NCBI GenBank assembly: GCA_026023565.1
Contig: JAPETS010000029.1
Span: forward strand, 62,001 to 126,000
Source: Cirrosporium novae-zelandiae
Lineage: Eukaryota
DNA: 64,000 nt
Direction of reading: 5' to 3'
In this document: positions 52,911 to 64,000 of the stretch, piece after piece
Position numbering within the stretch: position 1 is the stretch's first letter
Layout: each line of letters opens with the position of its first letter
Notes under the pieces: model-generated
The model's database searches: none
Seen by the model: the letters and a program-made list of their open reading frames with translations, nothing else
What the model was told of the DNA's origin: nothing
Position numbers and translations under genes: made by a program

Positions 52911-54255
52911 TAAAACAGAATATTTGTCGCTCGGGGTTGGTAATGTAAAGTATGGTTAATTAATGATGGAAGGGAGTTGGTTAGGTTTGTTATATACGTA
53001 TAGGTAAGTATACAGGCATACATACATTACATGCATAACATACATCTACTCATCCATCCATCCATCCTTACCATCACAATTTATCTTCACTGATCAAATA
53101 ACTCTCATAATAACATACATACATACATCCATAATCAATCAATTAATAAATATAACCATCCTAAATAAATCCAGCAATTAATAAACAAAAACAAACAAAA
53201 AAATATTGGGTACGTCATTAGTCTAACAAATAATTATATTTCCTTACCTTAGGAATAGTCTAGGTCCCTTCTAACCTCGAACTTGGGGGCCTCAGGCCTG
53301 ATACTTAGGGCCTGATTACTTGGGGGTTCGGGTTGGGGGTTCTTCGCTAGGCCACTGCATATTCGATTTTTTTTTGAATGAATGCCCCGTGTGGTGTGCG
53401 TTGCGGGGTGTCCGTTCCCCAGAGCTTGGGACTTGGGCTTGAACTCCCCCTCCTTTGCCATTTGTTTTTCGCACGCACGCCCCAACAACCACCAAAATCC
53501 TCTTCTCCTCTTTCGTCTTTCGCAAACAAGTATTCTTCTTTTTCTTCTTTTTTTTTTTAACGTGAATAATATTTCCTTTCTCTTCTTCTTCATCCACCTC
53601 CTCCCTTCCTCTCCTTTCCCTTCTCCCCCTTCCCAAGGGATATTTTTATGATATATATCTCAACAATAACTAACACTCCACCAACTGCACTACCAAACTA
53701 TTAAAGATGTTACGGAGCACCCCTGCCAGCTAGCCAGTCAGGTTATATATACATACATATATATACCCTAACACTAAGTATCCACATCCACATCTACATC
53801 TACATTCACATCCACTCAAGTAATTAATTAGCAGACAGACAAATATCTCCACGTCCCATAGCTTTTAAGCGGCATGTGGATATAAAACAGTGAATTATCA
53901 TCATCCCACGTCCCTGTTTAGCTTTTGGCTTTAGAGCTAGGTAAGAACGTTTTGTTTGTTAGCTTGTCTTTCTATGGGATAGAAGGGACGAGGGAAGAAG
54001 GGGTTTTTTTTCCTGCTATTGTCTACCTACCACCCACTGCTACTTATACTTAAGTGGAACAAGAAAAGAAAAGAAAAGAAAAACCTTCATAAACGTTCAT
54101 CATCATTGTTTAGTCATTCCAGGGAGCTCAATCTAGCATGACTTTAATTTTTTTTTAATCATCTTCTTCTACTTCTTTTTTACCTCTGCATCATAGAAAT
54201 CTATCCTTCGCAACAACAACTTTTTTCAAGAAAAAAATCTAACTCACCCTCTACT

Positions 54256-57200
54256 CTACTCCAGCTTCAATATCTCAAACTGTTTCATAACAGCCTCAAA
54301 CCTCTCGGCCTCGGCCTTGAAATCCTCCATCTTCTTCTTCTCCACCTCCTGTAGCTCTACTTCTACTTTGCTTTGATACTCTGGATCATCCACCCGCTTC
54401 TTCTGTCTCTCGTACGCCTCCGTCGCCTTCTGCATTTTCTTCTTCGCCTTTTCGATCTCGGCGTCGATGTCTACGCGGCCCTTGACCTCTAGGAAGACGG
54501 CAGCTGTGGACCCGATCGGGTAGGTGACGCAGCCGGCGGGTCTGGCATCCTCGGGGGAGAGGATGGAGATCGAGGAGATACCTTTTCCGGAAAGGGATTT
54601 GATGGATTGGACTTCGGATTGACAGGTTTGGAGGGCCGTTTGCGTGTAGGTTTGTGTGAAGAGTTTGGCCGAGTCTTTGACTGAGTATTCTGCCATCAGG
54701 GAGCGGATGCCTCGAGACACGTCGAGGATGAGGTCATATGCTTCGGCTGCGGAGCGGTATTCTGGGTCGTCGAGCGTAGCGTCATAGGTGGGGTATCGCG
54801 CTTTAACGATCGAAGGAGTGGAGTCGTCGGGGCGGCGGGGGAGGCGTTGCCAGAGTTCTTCCGTCACAAAGGGCATGAATGGGTGGATCATTGTGAGAGC
54901 GCCTTCCAACGCCGTGTAGAGTGTGTCTTTGGCGCTTCGCTGTTCCTCTTCGGTGCCTTCTTGGATGATTGTCTTGGAGTTCTCGATGTAGACATCGCAT
55001 AGCTGTGTGTACCAGTATTGATATACGATGCCTGTGGCTTCGGAGAATTTCCGGTCCGCGAGAGCTTGGTTGATTTCTTTGGCAGCTATGGCGTATTTGT
55101 GAAGGATCCACTTCTCCGCCAGCGACTCCTTTCCGGTCTTTGAAGCCGTCTTCTGGGGAACAAACCCATCCTCGAGCTTGCCGAGGACGTACTTTGTCGC
55201 CTGGTAGATCTTGTTACAGAATCTCCGGTATCCATGGATAACTGAAACGTCAAAATTTATGTCTCCACCCCCTGTTGTGTAGGATATTAGAGAGAACCGA
55301 AGGGCATCTGCACCGCACTCGGGAATGCCCTTGGGGAACGATGTTCGCTGATACTTGGTCGCTCTCTCCAGCTCCCTAGGGTCAAGATTACCGTGCTTGA
55401 GCTTCTCGTTGAGTGCCTCTAGAGATATTCCATCCATCACGTCAACGGGGTCAATAACATTCCCCAAGGATTTCGACATCTTTCGACCTTCACTATCGCG
55501 AACGAGCGAATGGCAGTAAACTTCCTTAAAGGGAACTTTGCCTGTCATTTTAACGCCAAACATGACCATGCGAGCGACCCAGAAGAACAGAATATCCCAA
55601 CCTGTTTCTAGGACCGAAGTCGGATAAAGGGTCTCGAGGTCGTGAGTTTGTTTAGGCCATCCCAAGGTACTAAATGGCCAGAGGCCAGAGGAGAACCAGG
55701 TATCAAGCACATCAGGATCTTGCTTTAGGGAAATATTCTTCCCAGGGAATTTCTTCTTGGCTTTCTCCATTGCTTCTTCTTCCGTGCGGCCGGATACCCA
55801 CCAGTCATCCAATGTCTCGTCACCTTGCTCACCATCCACTGTGATGAAGTAGGCAGGAATTTGGTGACCCCACCACAGTTGTCGAGATAAGCACCAATCT
55901 TGAATGCCTTCCATCCAGCGAAAGTAGCTGCGCTTGGCTGTGTCTGGTTTGATTTCCATCTCACCATCCTCAACAACCTTTATAGCTGCATCGGCAAGCT
56001 CGCGCATTCTCATATACCACTGTGGCTTAATGAGCGGCTCAATAATGTCTTTACTTCTGCTGCAGAGAGGAATTATCATGTCATTATCCTCCCATTTGAC
56101 ATAGAGGCCCTTGTCCTTTAACGCTTGGATGACTTTGTATCGGACATCAAATCTCTTTTGTCCCTCAAAGGGTCCTGCATTGTGATTCATAGTTCCATCA
56201 TCATTCAAGATATTGATAAATTCTAGATCGTGTCGTTTTCCGATAGCGAAATCATTGGCGTCATGGGCAGGGGTAATCTTCACAGCACCTGTCCCAAAAT
56301 CCATCTCAACATAGTCGTCGGCGACAACCTTAAGCCGACGGCCAGGAATAAATGGATGCGTGGCGTATTTCCCGACAAGGTGTTTGTAACGTTCATCCTT
56401 GGGGTGAACAGCAATGGCACTATCTCCAAGCATTGTCTCTGGTCGAGTGGTGGCGACCTGTACTTTCTCGCCAGTTTCTTCCATCTCATAGCAGAAATGT
56501 GTAAGTACACCGAATTCGACCTTCCTTTCGTAACCAGGTACGTCCATCAAGGTCCTACCTTTGACTTCTTTGCTGTCAACCTCGAGGTTTGAGATAGCAG
56601 TGTTCAACCTGCAGCACCAGTTTACAAGTCGGTTTGCTCGATAAATGGTTCCTTCTTCATGTAATCTAACAAATGTTTCCCTCACGGCGGCGGAAAGGTT
56701 ATCATCCATAGTGAAAGCCTCACGAGTCCAATCATATGAACCTCCCATTCGCTATATCCCGTTAGTTATCTGGTGGCATAGGGACATGGACAATAGATGT
56801 ACTTGCCTTGAGAACAGCGTTAATCTTATGATGGTATTCGTCCTTCCAATCCCAGATAAGTTTGACAAGACCTTCTCGACCGACATCATACTTGGTCTTC
56901 TTTTCACGTCTCCAAAGCATGTTTTCTATAACGGCTTGGGTTGCTATGCCTGCATGATCACATCCGGGCACCCAAACGGTTGTGAGTCCCTTCATCCGAT
57001 TCCATCGAATCAGCAGATCTTGAAGTGCATTTGGTAGAGCGTGCCCCATATGTAGTTGTCCAGTCACGTTCGGAGGTGGTTCGGGGATGACAAAATATCC
57101 TTCTTTTTTCACATTGCCATCGGATCCAAACTCTGGCTCGAAAAAGCCTTGCTTTTCCCACCAAGAGTACCATGCCGATTCAACAACCTTGGGATTGTAG

Positions 57201-57807
57201 GCCTTGTGGAAAGCATCGTCTAGCGGTTTTAGAATCTTCTTTTCGCCAGCGGGAGTCTCTTCAACATATTCCGGCAATTCTTCCTCCTTTTGCTTGGGCT
57301 TCTTCTCTTTGGCCTTTGAGTTCGTTGGCGTAGAAGTTCCGCTGTTCTGCTGTGACTTTGCCTTCTTTGCTAAGAACTTCTGTTGCTTCTCCAGTTTCTT
57401 TCGTTCTCTCTCGACTGTGAAACCAAGAGTCAATCACTGGTACTAAGTCGGAATAACAATGCCCTAAAAGGAGGGAGGGCACATACGCTCTTTGGCGCTC
57501 TTGACCTTTTTTCCAGCTTCTTGATCCCCGCCATCCTTGCCGCCTTGGTTGTTCCCTACAGGATCTGTGCTTGCTTGTTCTAAAACTGCGGAAGCGGTTT
57601 CTTCGGAGGGAGGTGGAGGGGGGCCTGTTATTGGGCCAGTCTTAATACCCACTGTAGAAATATATTAGCTTTTATTTGCAGCAAGATAAACATCGTTGCA
57701 GTCCACATACTAACGTTATGGGAAGCGCCATTGAGAGCCATGTTTGTAAGCGCAATTGGACGTAATCGCCTTGCAGTATGCGCACCCAGCAGTAGCGCAC
57801 TTCGCAT
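54256..57807 (-). CDS. VAS1: Valyl-tRNA synthetase (1121 aa from ATG1, 1099 aa from ATG2), 4 exons
   Basis: Exons 57807-57711, 57651-57487, 57414-56807, 56751-54256 (last intron GC-AG). PPPNVTGQLHMGHAL (HIGH), GCDHAGIATQ, ATTRPETM, DWCLSRQLWWGH, DVLDTWFSS, KMSKS. Confidence 0.96.
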
Positions 57808-58469
57808 ACAGCAGACCCTCTTTATAGAGAGAAAATAATGCTTAAGTGAGGCTGAAAAGATAAGAGGAATTAGGAGGGGAATAGAAGTCGGACTCGCTTA
57901 AGGTTGGGACAGATTTATGCGTCACTTGGACTTTTCAAAGGCCAAGGCTAAAGTCCTCTGATTTAGGAAGAGGAGGTTATAACCCCAACTTTGTTAGGAT
58001 TGAACAAGACTTTTCTCCTATTTTTCTGTTGACTCTTTACGATTGATATCTTTATTAATTTTATGAAAACATCTGATCCGTTTCAAATCTGTCAGTTTGG
58101 TGAGTCATTCGAGCCTGGTCAGAATCTGACCTGACCTCCGAACCCCGCCGTGTCCGCCTTTCCAATACAAAAGTAAGAGTACACCAATAAAAATTACTAC
58201 ATCTTTTATTATAATACATTCATTCTTAATCCATCCAGCGGTCATCATCGTTATCATCCTAAACATTCTGCGCTTCATCCAATAGGACATTCTAGAACCA
58301 AAAAAAAGTCACTGGGGAAGGGGTACATGATATAAACAATCAAAGAAAATCACAGTGGAAAAACCGAGTCATCAATCATGGATCAAATAACGGGCATAAC
58401 ATGGTTGTCAAAAACAACAGCTCAGCGCACATACTCTGGCAAGAAAGAAAGCATTGTAGTATCATCCCT

Positions 58470-59945
58470 TTAATAACCCATATCCTGCCAAGCCTTATCC
58501 ACAAGCTCCCTAACTTTAATAATCTTATTCATCCACTCTCCTCTATCACGTTTCCATTTGCTCTGTCTCCCTCCTTGCATGCGCACTTTTAGCCCGTCCT
58601 CCTGCGATGGGTCAAACGACCAGTAACTTGCTTGTCGACCTCCTAAGCCCGCAGGAGGTGTGGGTTCGGTTGGGCTAGGAGAGGCGGAGCGGGAATGGAG
58701 ACAGGAAGTTATGAGGGAGTCGACTAGGGGGAGATGATACGTCGTTATTTGTGAGTGGAGGGATTGGGCGGTCTCGATGTAGGCGAGCGAGGTAGGTCGA
58801 TTCTCTTGTGGCCATGACTGAAAGTCTGCATGCATAGTAGGTTCCGTGCTTGTAAAAGCTTTAACAGGGGATTGGGGAAGAGGCCGGCGAGAAAATGAGA
58901 GGGCACGGGGTGTGAGAGCGGGGATAGAAGTTGGTGTTGTTTCATCATCGTCTTGGGTAATAATGCTGGAGCGAGACGTGGATGGGGACGCTTGTGGTGT
59001 GTCGATTGACAGAGATATTGCAGCCGTGGACGGAGAAAATCGGACAGACTTCTTCAGTGTTAATGGTTTTTTGCAAATGTTAAGAGGGAGGGGGAGAAGA
59101 ACATCTGCAGCTTGTGGGGGGCTTGGTAGTGGTGTTGGTAAAGGGGCTGGTGATGGCGTGTGTCTCCCAGCAATATTGAGTGGAAGTGGCATCAGGGCCC
59201 GTTTATCCTTTGCTTTACTAGTATCCAGGGATCGGCGTCTTGTAATGATAGACGGGGTACGAGGTTTATTCTTGTCGACACGGATGCTAAAAGGCGCTCC
59301 CAACACAGGGGTCATCCGATTACCGGTACTCTTCCTCGCCAGGGGACTCGGGGTGTCCTGAAACTGGAATTCTGGCTCCATGTGAAGGTCATCTTTCCCT
59401 ATTGCAGGGGTTCCATGTCCACAGATACTAACTCTGAATTCGTTTGCAGTGCTCTCCTGCAAATCCTGGGAAGTGATTATGGAAAGCAATGCTGCTGTTT
59501 TGACATAGGCAGTACGCGCTTCATTGAGTAATGGCAATTTTCGGCCATTCATATTGTGAGTTGAGCGTGCTAACAGTTCTAGGGATGTGGCCTGGTAAAA
59601 TTGGATGAATACCCTCTGGAGTGAATGAGCCTGAAAGAATATCAGGAGCAAGTCCTTGACGAGGGGTAACAGTATATATGAAGGATTACAAGGGCCAAAG
59701 GCAAGCGCAAGACTCACAGACTGGTTCAATGATTCAAGGGAGAGTAATTCAGAGCATCGTGAAATGCAGGCTTTGTACTGACGCTTCTGGTAAAGAAGTT
59801 TTACTCCAAGTACAGCGGTTCGCCATTGAGCGTATGTTCTCGGGTCGGGAGCATTAGAGAAGAAAGTCGATGTTGAGATAGGAAGCGGCATTTTAGGGTG
59901 TGCGCCTGAGTCGTCTTCTGTTGGGGCCATTGCGAGTAGATGCAT
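58470..59945 (-). CDS. Hypothetical protein with Pro/Ser-rich middle region; probable 87-nt in-frame intron at 59631-59717
   Basis: 491-codon ORF with a helical N-terminal block (LYQKRQYKACISRC...QFYQATSLELLAR..H...KLPLLNEAR.AY) and C-terminal helix. GTGAGT donor and TTTCAG acceptor bracket a hydrophobic insert. Start codon uncertain. Confidence 0.7.
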   Translation of the reverse strand: MHLLAMAPTEDDSGAHPKMPLPISTSTFFSNAPDPRTYAQWRTAVLGVKLLYQKRQYKACISRCSELLSLESLNQSVSLALAFGPCNPSYILLPLVKDLLLIFFQAHSLQRVFIQFYQATSLELLARSTHNMNGRKLPLLNEARTAYVKTAALLSIITSQDLQESTANEFRVSICGHGTPAIGKDDLHMEPEFQFQDTPSPLARKSTGNRMTPVLGAPFSIRVDKNKPRTPSIITRRRSLDTSKAKDKRALMPLPLNIAGRHTPSPAPLPTPLPSPPQAADVLLPLPLNICKKPLTLKKSVRFSPSTAAISLSIDTPQASPSTSRSSIITQDDDETTPTSIPALTPRALSFSRRPLPQSPVKAFTSTEPTMHADFQSWPQENRPTSLAYIETAQSLHSQITTYHLPLVDSLITSCLHSRSASPSPTEPTPPAGLGGRQASYWSFDPSQEDGLKVRMQGGRQSKWKRDRGEWMNKIIKVRELVDKAWQDMGY

Positions 59946-61346
59946 TTATATCATGAATGTTTCTATGCAACGGATAAAGAGAAATCACAATGCCAGATAG
60001 ATAGAAAAAGCAACGGTCTAAGGAGGCGTAACAGGATTATTAGAACACTCAAAAAACAGTGTTAGGAAGCAAACGCATAGATGTTTCGGGTGTTTCGTTT
60101 GCTGTATGGGTATATGGTGCTAATGCCAATCAAAATAATGTGTACAAGAAGAGTGGAGGGTGGTTTAATCCAAATTGAAAGGAAGCATTCATTCATGCAC
60201 GTTTACGGTGTGGGGAATGTTGATATCTCACTCCCAAAGTTTACAGCCGGTTGTTGTGGGGCAACAGAATTAGTAACACACTGCAAGCCTCAATTACCAA
60301 AAGGAAAAACATTCGTTCAACTTCAAATGATCCGAAAGGAAACAAATGCAACGTAAATGGCAAGTTTCTAGGAGTAATAAGAGTGGTAAGAGGACTAGAC
60401 ACCGCTCGAGCCAAGGCCATCCTCGTTCGTAATGCAACAAGCCGAGAAATGCTACCAGGATTGATGCTTGCATCATCTCCGGAATTGTTTCATGTTCTTC
60501 TGGAAATCGTGGTTCAGCTCTATGCTAATATGCTAATACTCGAGTTGCTCATCTTCTATCCTTCAGAGCAATGAGTCATTAGCCAGGGCTGTACTCGAGT
60601 AGGCTGTAGGCTGTAGATCTATTGTTATACCATCGCTTTAGCCCCCCAGTCGTTGCCAGCTGGCAACCGCCAACGCTTAGGACCCATAGCTAACAACAAT
60701 AGATAGAACATCATTCCACCTACAATTCAGAATTTATCCAGTAAACATAAGTACCTGTCGATAGCTTCACATTCAAAGTCAACCAAGGCTACAGATTCCG
60801 TGGAGAGCCCGCCGCATCGACGGAATAACAGACTTGGCCAAGGTGCAACGGACAGCTGCTGTGCCAAGATTAGGATATCTAATCCACGGGACAAGTCATC
60901 ACGGATAGGATCAGAGGTGAGATGAAACACATCTCATGAGGCTATTGGCAGTTTGTAGTCTTCTTCTGGATTGATCACCATGAATTGAATTGCTATCTAA
61001 TTATCCAAATCTAGCCTGAGCCTGTCCATCCAGATACCAGAGCAGTATAAATATTGTATTGTATTGTACTGTACAGATATATTATAGCCATACACGGCCG
61101 TACACTCATGATAAATATTCATATTCCGTTCATCTTTATTTTCCCAACTCCAATCTGATTGCGAACTTTTTCCAAATCTTTTTGTATAAGGGGTATACAC
61201 AACCATGTAGACCCGAATATTCAAAAAAAAAAACAGGTCGGTAATCCTGAACGCCTTCCATGCCGCTTCGATGGGAACACAAACGTGGTGAACACAAAGG
61301 CGGGACCGGATATATGTTCACCAGACATGTCCAATCAAATTATGCC

Positions 61347-63248
61347 TTAGCTGCTGTGTTCATTATTATTACCTGTCTCTGGATTCCCCATCTCCTCATC
61401 TCTTTCCTTTTTCTCCATCTGCAAGCGCTTCCGCTCTTCCCTATGTTTTTTCTGCTCCTCAAGTCCAGTTTTTACGACCTCGTGTTGCTTGCTCAATGCT
61501 TTCTTCGAGATCAAAAATGAGAGGGCAAACCCGATGCCACCCACCACAATAAATATGATCCACATTTTGCTGAGGCTTTCTGTGTACGCCTTTCTGACCG
61601 CCAACTTCTGGGACTCTGGCAACGCTTTTATGAGACTGACCGAGGACCCTGCCGAACCACCCGCAAGCATGGTTACCAGACCAGACGAGATTCCAGCATC
61701 AACAAAATCTTGACGATGGGCGGCCATTTTATTGTTGAAGATGACACTCCCAATAACAACACCCATCGAGGTAGCCATCTGACGGACGAATTGGAATGTA
61801 GCGGTTGCGGTGGCAATATCTCGTGGATTAATATGCGCTTGTAGGGAAATGAGTGGAGACTGAAAGTTGGGTCCCACGCCAAGTCCCGCCACGATTTGGA
61901 AGATGATGATGCGCGCCCAAGACGTGGAAACGGGAAGGTCGATGAAAAGCCCGTATCCTAGGGTCATGAGAAACATGCCAGTGCGGATGAGTTCCAAGTA
62001 TCGACCGGTCTTTCGGATGATCATACCACTTGCAGCGGAGCCGAAGGAGAGGGAGAGCACGAAAGGGAAAAGGTACACCCCAGAAAGAATTGGAGTTGCG
62101 CCTAAAACCGACTGGAAGTATAGCGGAAGATAGTAGGAGCCTGAGATAAACGTGAAACCGTGACAGAAACAAACTGCGAAAGACGCGCAGTTGGAAATGT
62201 CATGGAAGATGCGAGGCGGTGTGACGGGATATTTTGCGAGGTGAGATTCGTTGAGGAGGAAGAGTCCATAGGTGACGATGCCGAAGACTATCAGACAAAT
62301 GACGGTTGCAGAAGCCCATGGGTAAGAGACACCGCCGAATTCTAGGCCCAGAAGTAGCATAAGAGTGGCACCAACAACCGTTAGAGAGCCGAGCCAATCG
62401 ATAGCGAGCAGACCCTCAATGATAGGAGTACGCGGTGTGTAAACCTTGAGGAAGAAAAGCAGAATAAGGAATGCTATGCCATCGCATGGCAAGTTCACGT
62501 AGAAACACCATCTCCATGAGACCTTTTCACTAAAGGCACCCCCAATGATTGGGCCAATGCCGCTTGCGAATGCCCATACCATCCCGACAATACCATAATA
62601 AGCTCCTCGTCTCCTCATACTAAATAAGTCACTGATGCAAATGTTGACCAGACAGACCAGTCCTCCACCACCGATACCTTGAATAGCTCTTCCAACGATC
62701 AGCATGGTAATGCTGACTGCTAGCCCGCATATGAGACTTCCGACTAAGAAGACGACATTGGCTGTTAGAAGGATTGGCTTCCTTCCAAAGATATCACTGA
62801 TTTTTCCCCATAATGGCACGGTAGCGGCATTCGCCAGAAGATAGGCAGAACCGATCCAAACATAACCTGCTTCGCCAGCATGGAAATGGGCAGCAATTGT
62901 TGGCAAGGCCGTAGTAATGATGGTTATATCTAGTGCGGCCAGGAAAACGGCCATGCACAAAGCAAACACCAAAATAAATGTCTCCTGCGTGCTGCGTTGG
63001 TCTTCGGGCGCTACTTTTTTATGTATCGGTTGTCCAACTTGCGCGGCCGCTGTTTCTGCTCCTGTTTCTGCTCCTGTTTCTCCTTCGGTGATCGAATCAT
63101 CCGAAGATATTTCTTTATTTGCAGCGGTCGTGGGCGAGTATGTGTCTGCTCCAACTCCCGCCTCAGCTTGGGCCTGGGCTTGGTTTGCAGTAAGAGCCGA
63201 TTCCTTTTCGGCGTCGTGTTCTGCCATGTCGACAAGGGAGATATCCAA
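61347..63248 (-). CDS. MFS drug:H+ antiporter (DHA2, 14-TMS) efflux pump
   Basis: FLAALDITIITTALPTI, WIGSAYLL, WGKISDIFGRK (motif A), GRAIQGIGGGG, GPIIGGAF..VSWRWCFYVNLP, IDWLG, YYLPLYFQ. Start may be 63227. Confidence 0.93.
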   Translation of the reverse strand: MDISLVDMAEHDAEKESALTANQAQAQAEAGVGADTYSPTTAANKEISSDDSITEGETGAETGAETAAAQVGQPIHKKVAPEDQRSTQETFILVFALCMAVFLAALDITIITTALPTIAAHFHAGEAGYVWIGSAYLLANAATVPLWGKISDIFGRKPILLTANVVFLVGSLICGLAVSITMLIVGRAIQGIGGGGLVCLVNICISDLFSMRRRGAYYGIVGMVWAFASGIGPIIGGAFSEKVSWRWCFYVNLPCDGIAFLILLFFLKVYTPRTPIIEGLLAIDWLGSLTVVGATLMLLLGLEFGGVSYPWASATVICLIVFGIVTYGLFLLNESHLAKYPVTPPRIFHDISNCASFAVCFCHGFTFISGSYYLPLYFQSVLGATPILSGVYLFPFVLSLSFGSAASGMIIRKTGRYLELIRTGMFLMTLGYGLFIDLPVSTSWARIIIFQIVAGLGVGPNFQSPLISLQAHINPRDIATATATFQFVRQMATSMGVVIGSVIFNNKMAAHRQDFVDAGISSGLVTMLAGGSAGSSVSLIKALPESQKLAVRKAYTESLSKMWIIFIVVGGIGFALSFLISKKALSKQHEVVKTGLEEQKKHREERKRLQMEKKERDEEMGNPETGNNNEHSS

Positions 63249-64000
63249 TTCTCTCTCTAGGAAGTCTCTCTTTATTGCAATGGTGCAAGGAGATGGAAGG
63301 GCCTATTAAATATAGGAGAATATGGATGCCTTGGAGGCAAGGTACCTCTTCAAGGGTGTAGAGGCAATAGGGTAATAAGGTCACGAAATTTGCATGTGCT
63401 TGGAACCAGATAGTTGCATTTTCGGTCTTTATGTGAAGCTAGAGATGATGGTGAGAAGGAGAAAGTAGGATGGAGAGGGAAGCGTAGAAAGAGGAGTAGA
63501 AGAGCCATAGCGGAACTAGAGTATTGTCGTAGCATACTTTGTACCTAGTTATTCGGTGTAGTAATAATTAACAATGCACGCCATTGCCCACTGAGAGAGA
63601 AAAATTGAGAGTATAATTCGTCATGGTTAAGCTTCCAATAAAGCTTTACCGGTGTATCACAGCCCGTGTGCCTTGTGCCGACAAGCCGATGAACGGTTGA
63701 GGTATCCACGTGGTATCATAACTGCTAGCATCAACCAAGAATACTGAAATTTACCTAATTTATGGCCATGAATCCCTGTTTAGTCGTAATATTTTGTATC
63801 AATGGATCATGGACATACACGGAGATTAGAGACACCGACATGCGGATGGAAAAAAAAGTATCCATCCCACTATAATTTAATAACTTTCAACAATGATTGA
63901 ACAATCTTAATATCTTGCTCATGTGATTAGATCAAGTGTGCTCAGGCATTATACGCTGTATGGATCATTTTTGGTGTATGGGAAATATACGCACTCTAGG

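Noticed and set aside
51978..53450. Telomerase RNA (AACCCTAA at ~51981) or RNase MRP RNA (minus-strand CCACACGGGGCATTCATT at ~53377-53394)
   Set aside because: Template match is only 8 nt with no visible pseudoknot or P6.1; the MRP-like word lacks a properly spaced GAAAGTCCCC partner.
61347..63248. MFS transporter as a member of the PKS cluster
   Set aside because: Over 30 kb from the PKS and separated by ValRS; only a weak CCG-N5-CGG word upstream.
1..64000. CRISPR arrays, rRNA or tRNA genes
   Set aside because: None seen; tandem repeats present are micro/minisatellites without unique spacers.

Overview
Genomic window of a filamentous ascomycete (spliceosomal introns with CTAAC-type branch points, Pezizomycotina-like genes). 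The left ~9.5 kb is a decayed accessory patch: a Ty1/copia remnant, inverted-repeat and LTR-like relics, a HET-E-like NACHT-WD40 pseudogene fragment and a DUF1295 pseudogene. Inside it sits one intact, intronless gene (2417-4894) encoding a prokaryote-type class III (anaerobic, glycyl-radical) ribonucleotide reductase NrdD fused in one chain to its radical-SAM activase NrdG. This is the standout signal: all catalytic motifs are intact, the finger loop is of the SMCCRL (redoxin-type) class, and there is no ATP cone. The rest is more ordinary: CK2 alpha, RNase P/MRP subunit Rpp1, a 4-exon secreted Ser/Thr-rich protein, a SAT-KS-AT-PT-ACP-ACP-TE non-reducing PKS (DHN-melanin type) with clustered AflR-type sites in its promoter, an AflR-like Zn2Cys6 factor 13 kb downstream, a dual-start valyl-tRNA synthetase, a hypothetical protein and a DHA2 MFS transporter. 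Two genes need GC-AG introns. All calls come from reading motifs by eye; no database searches were run.
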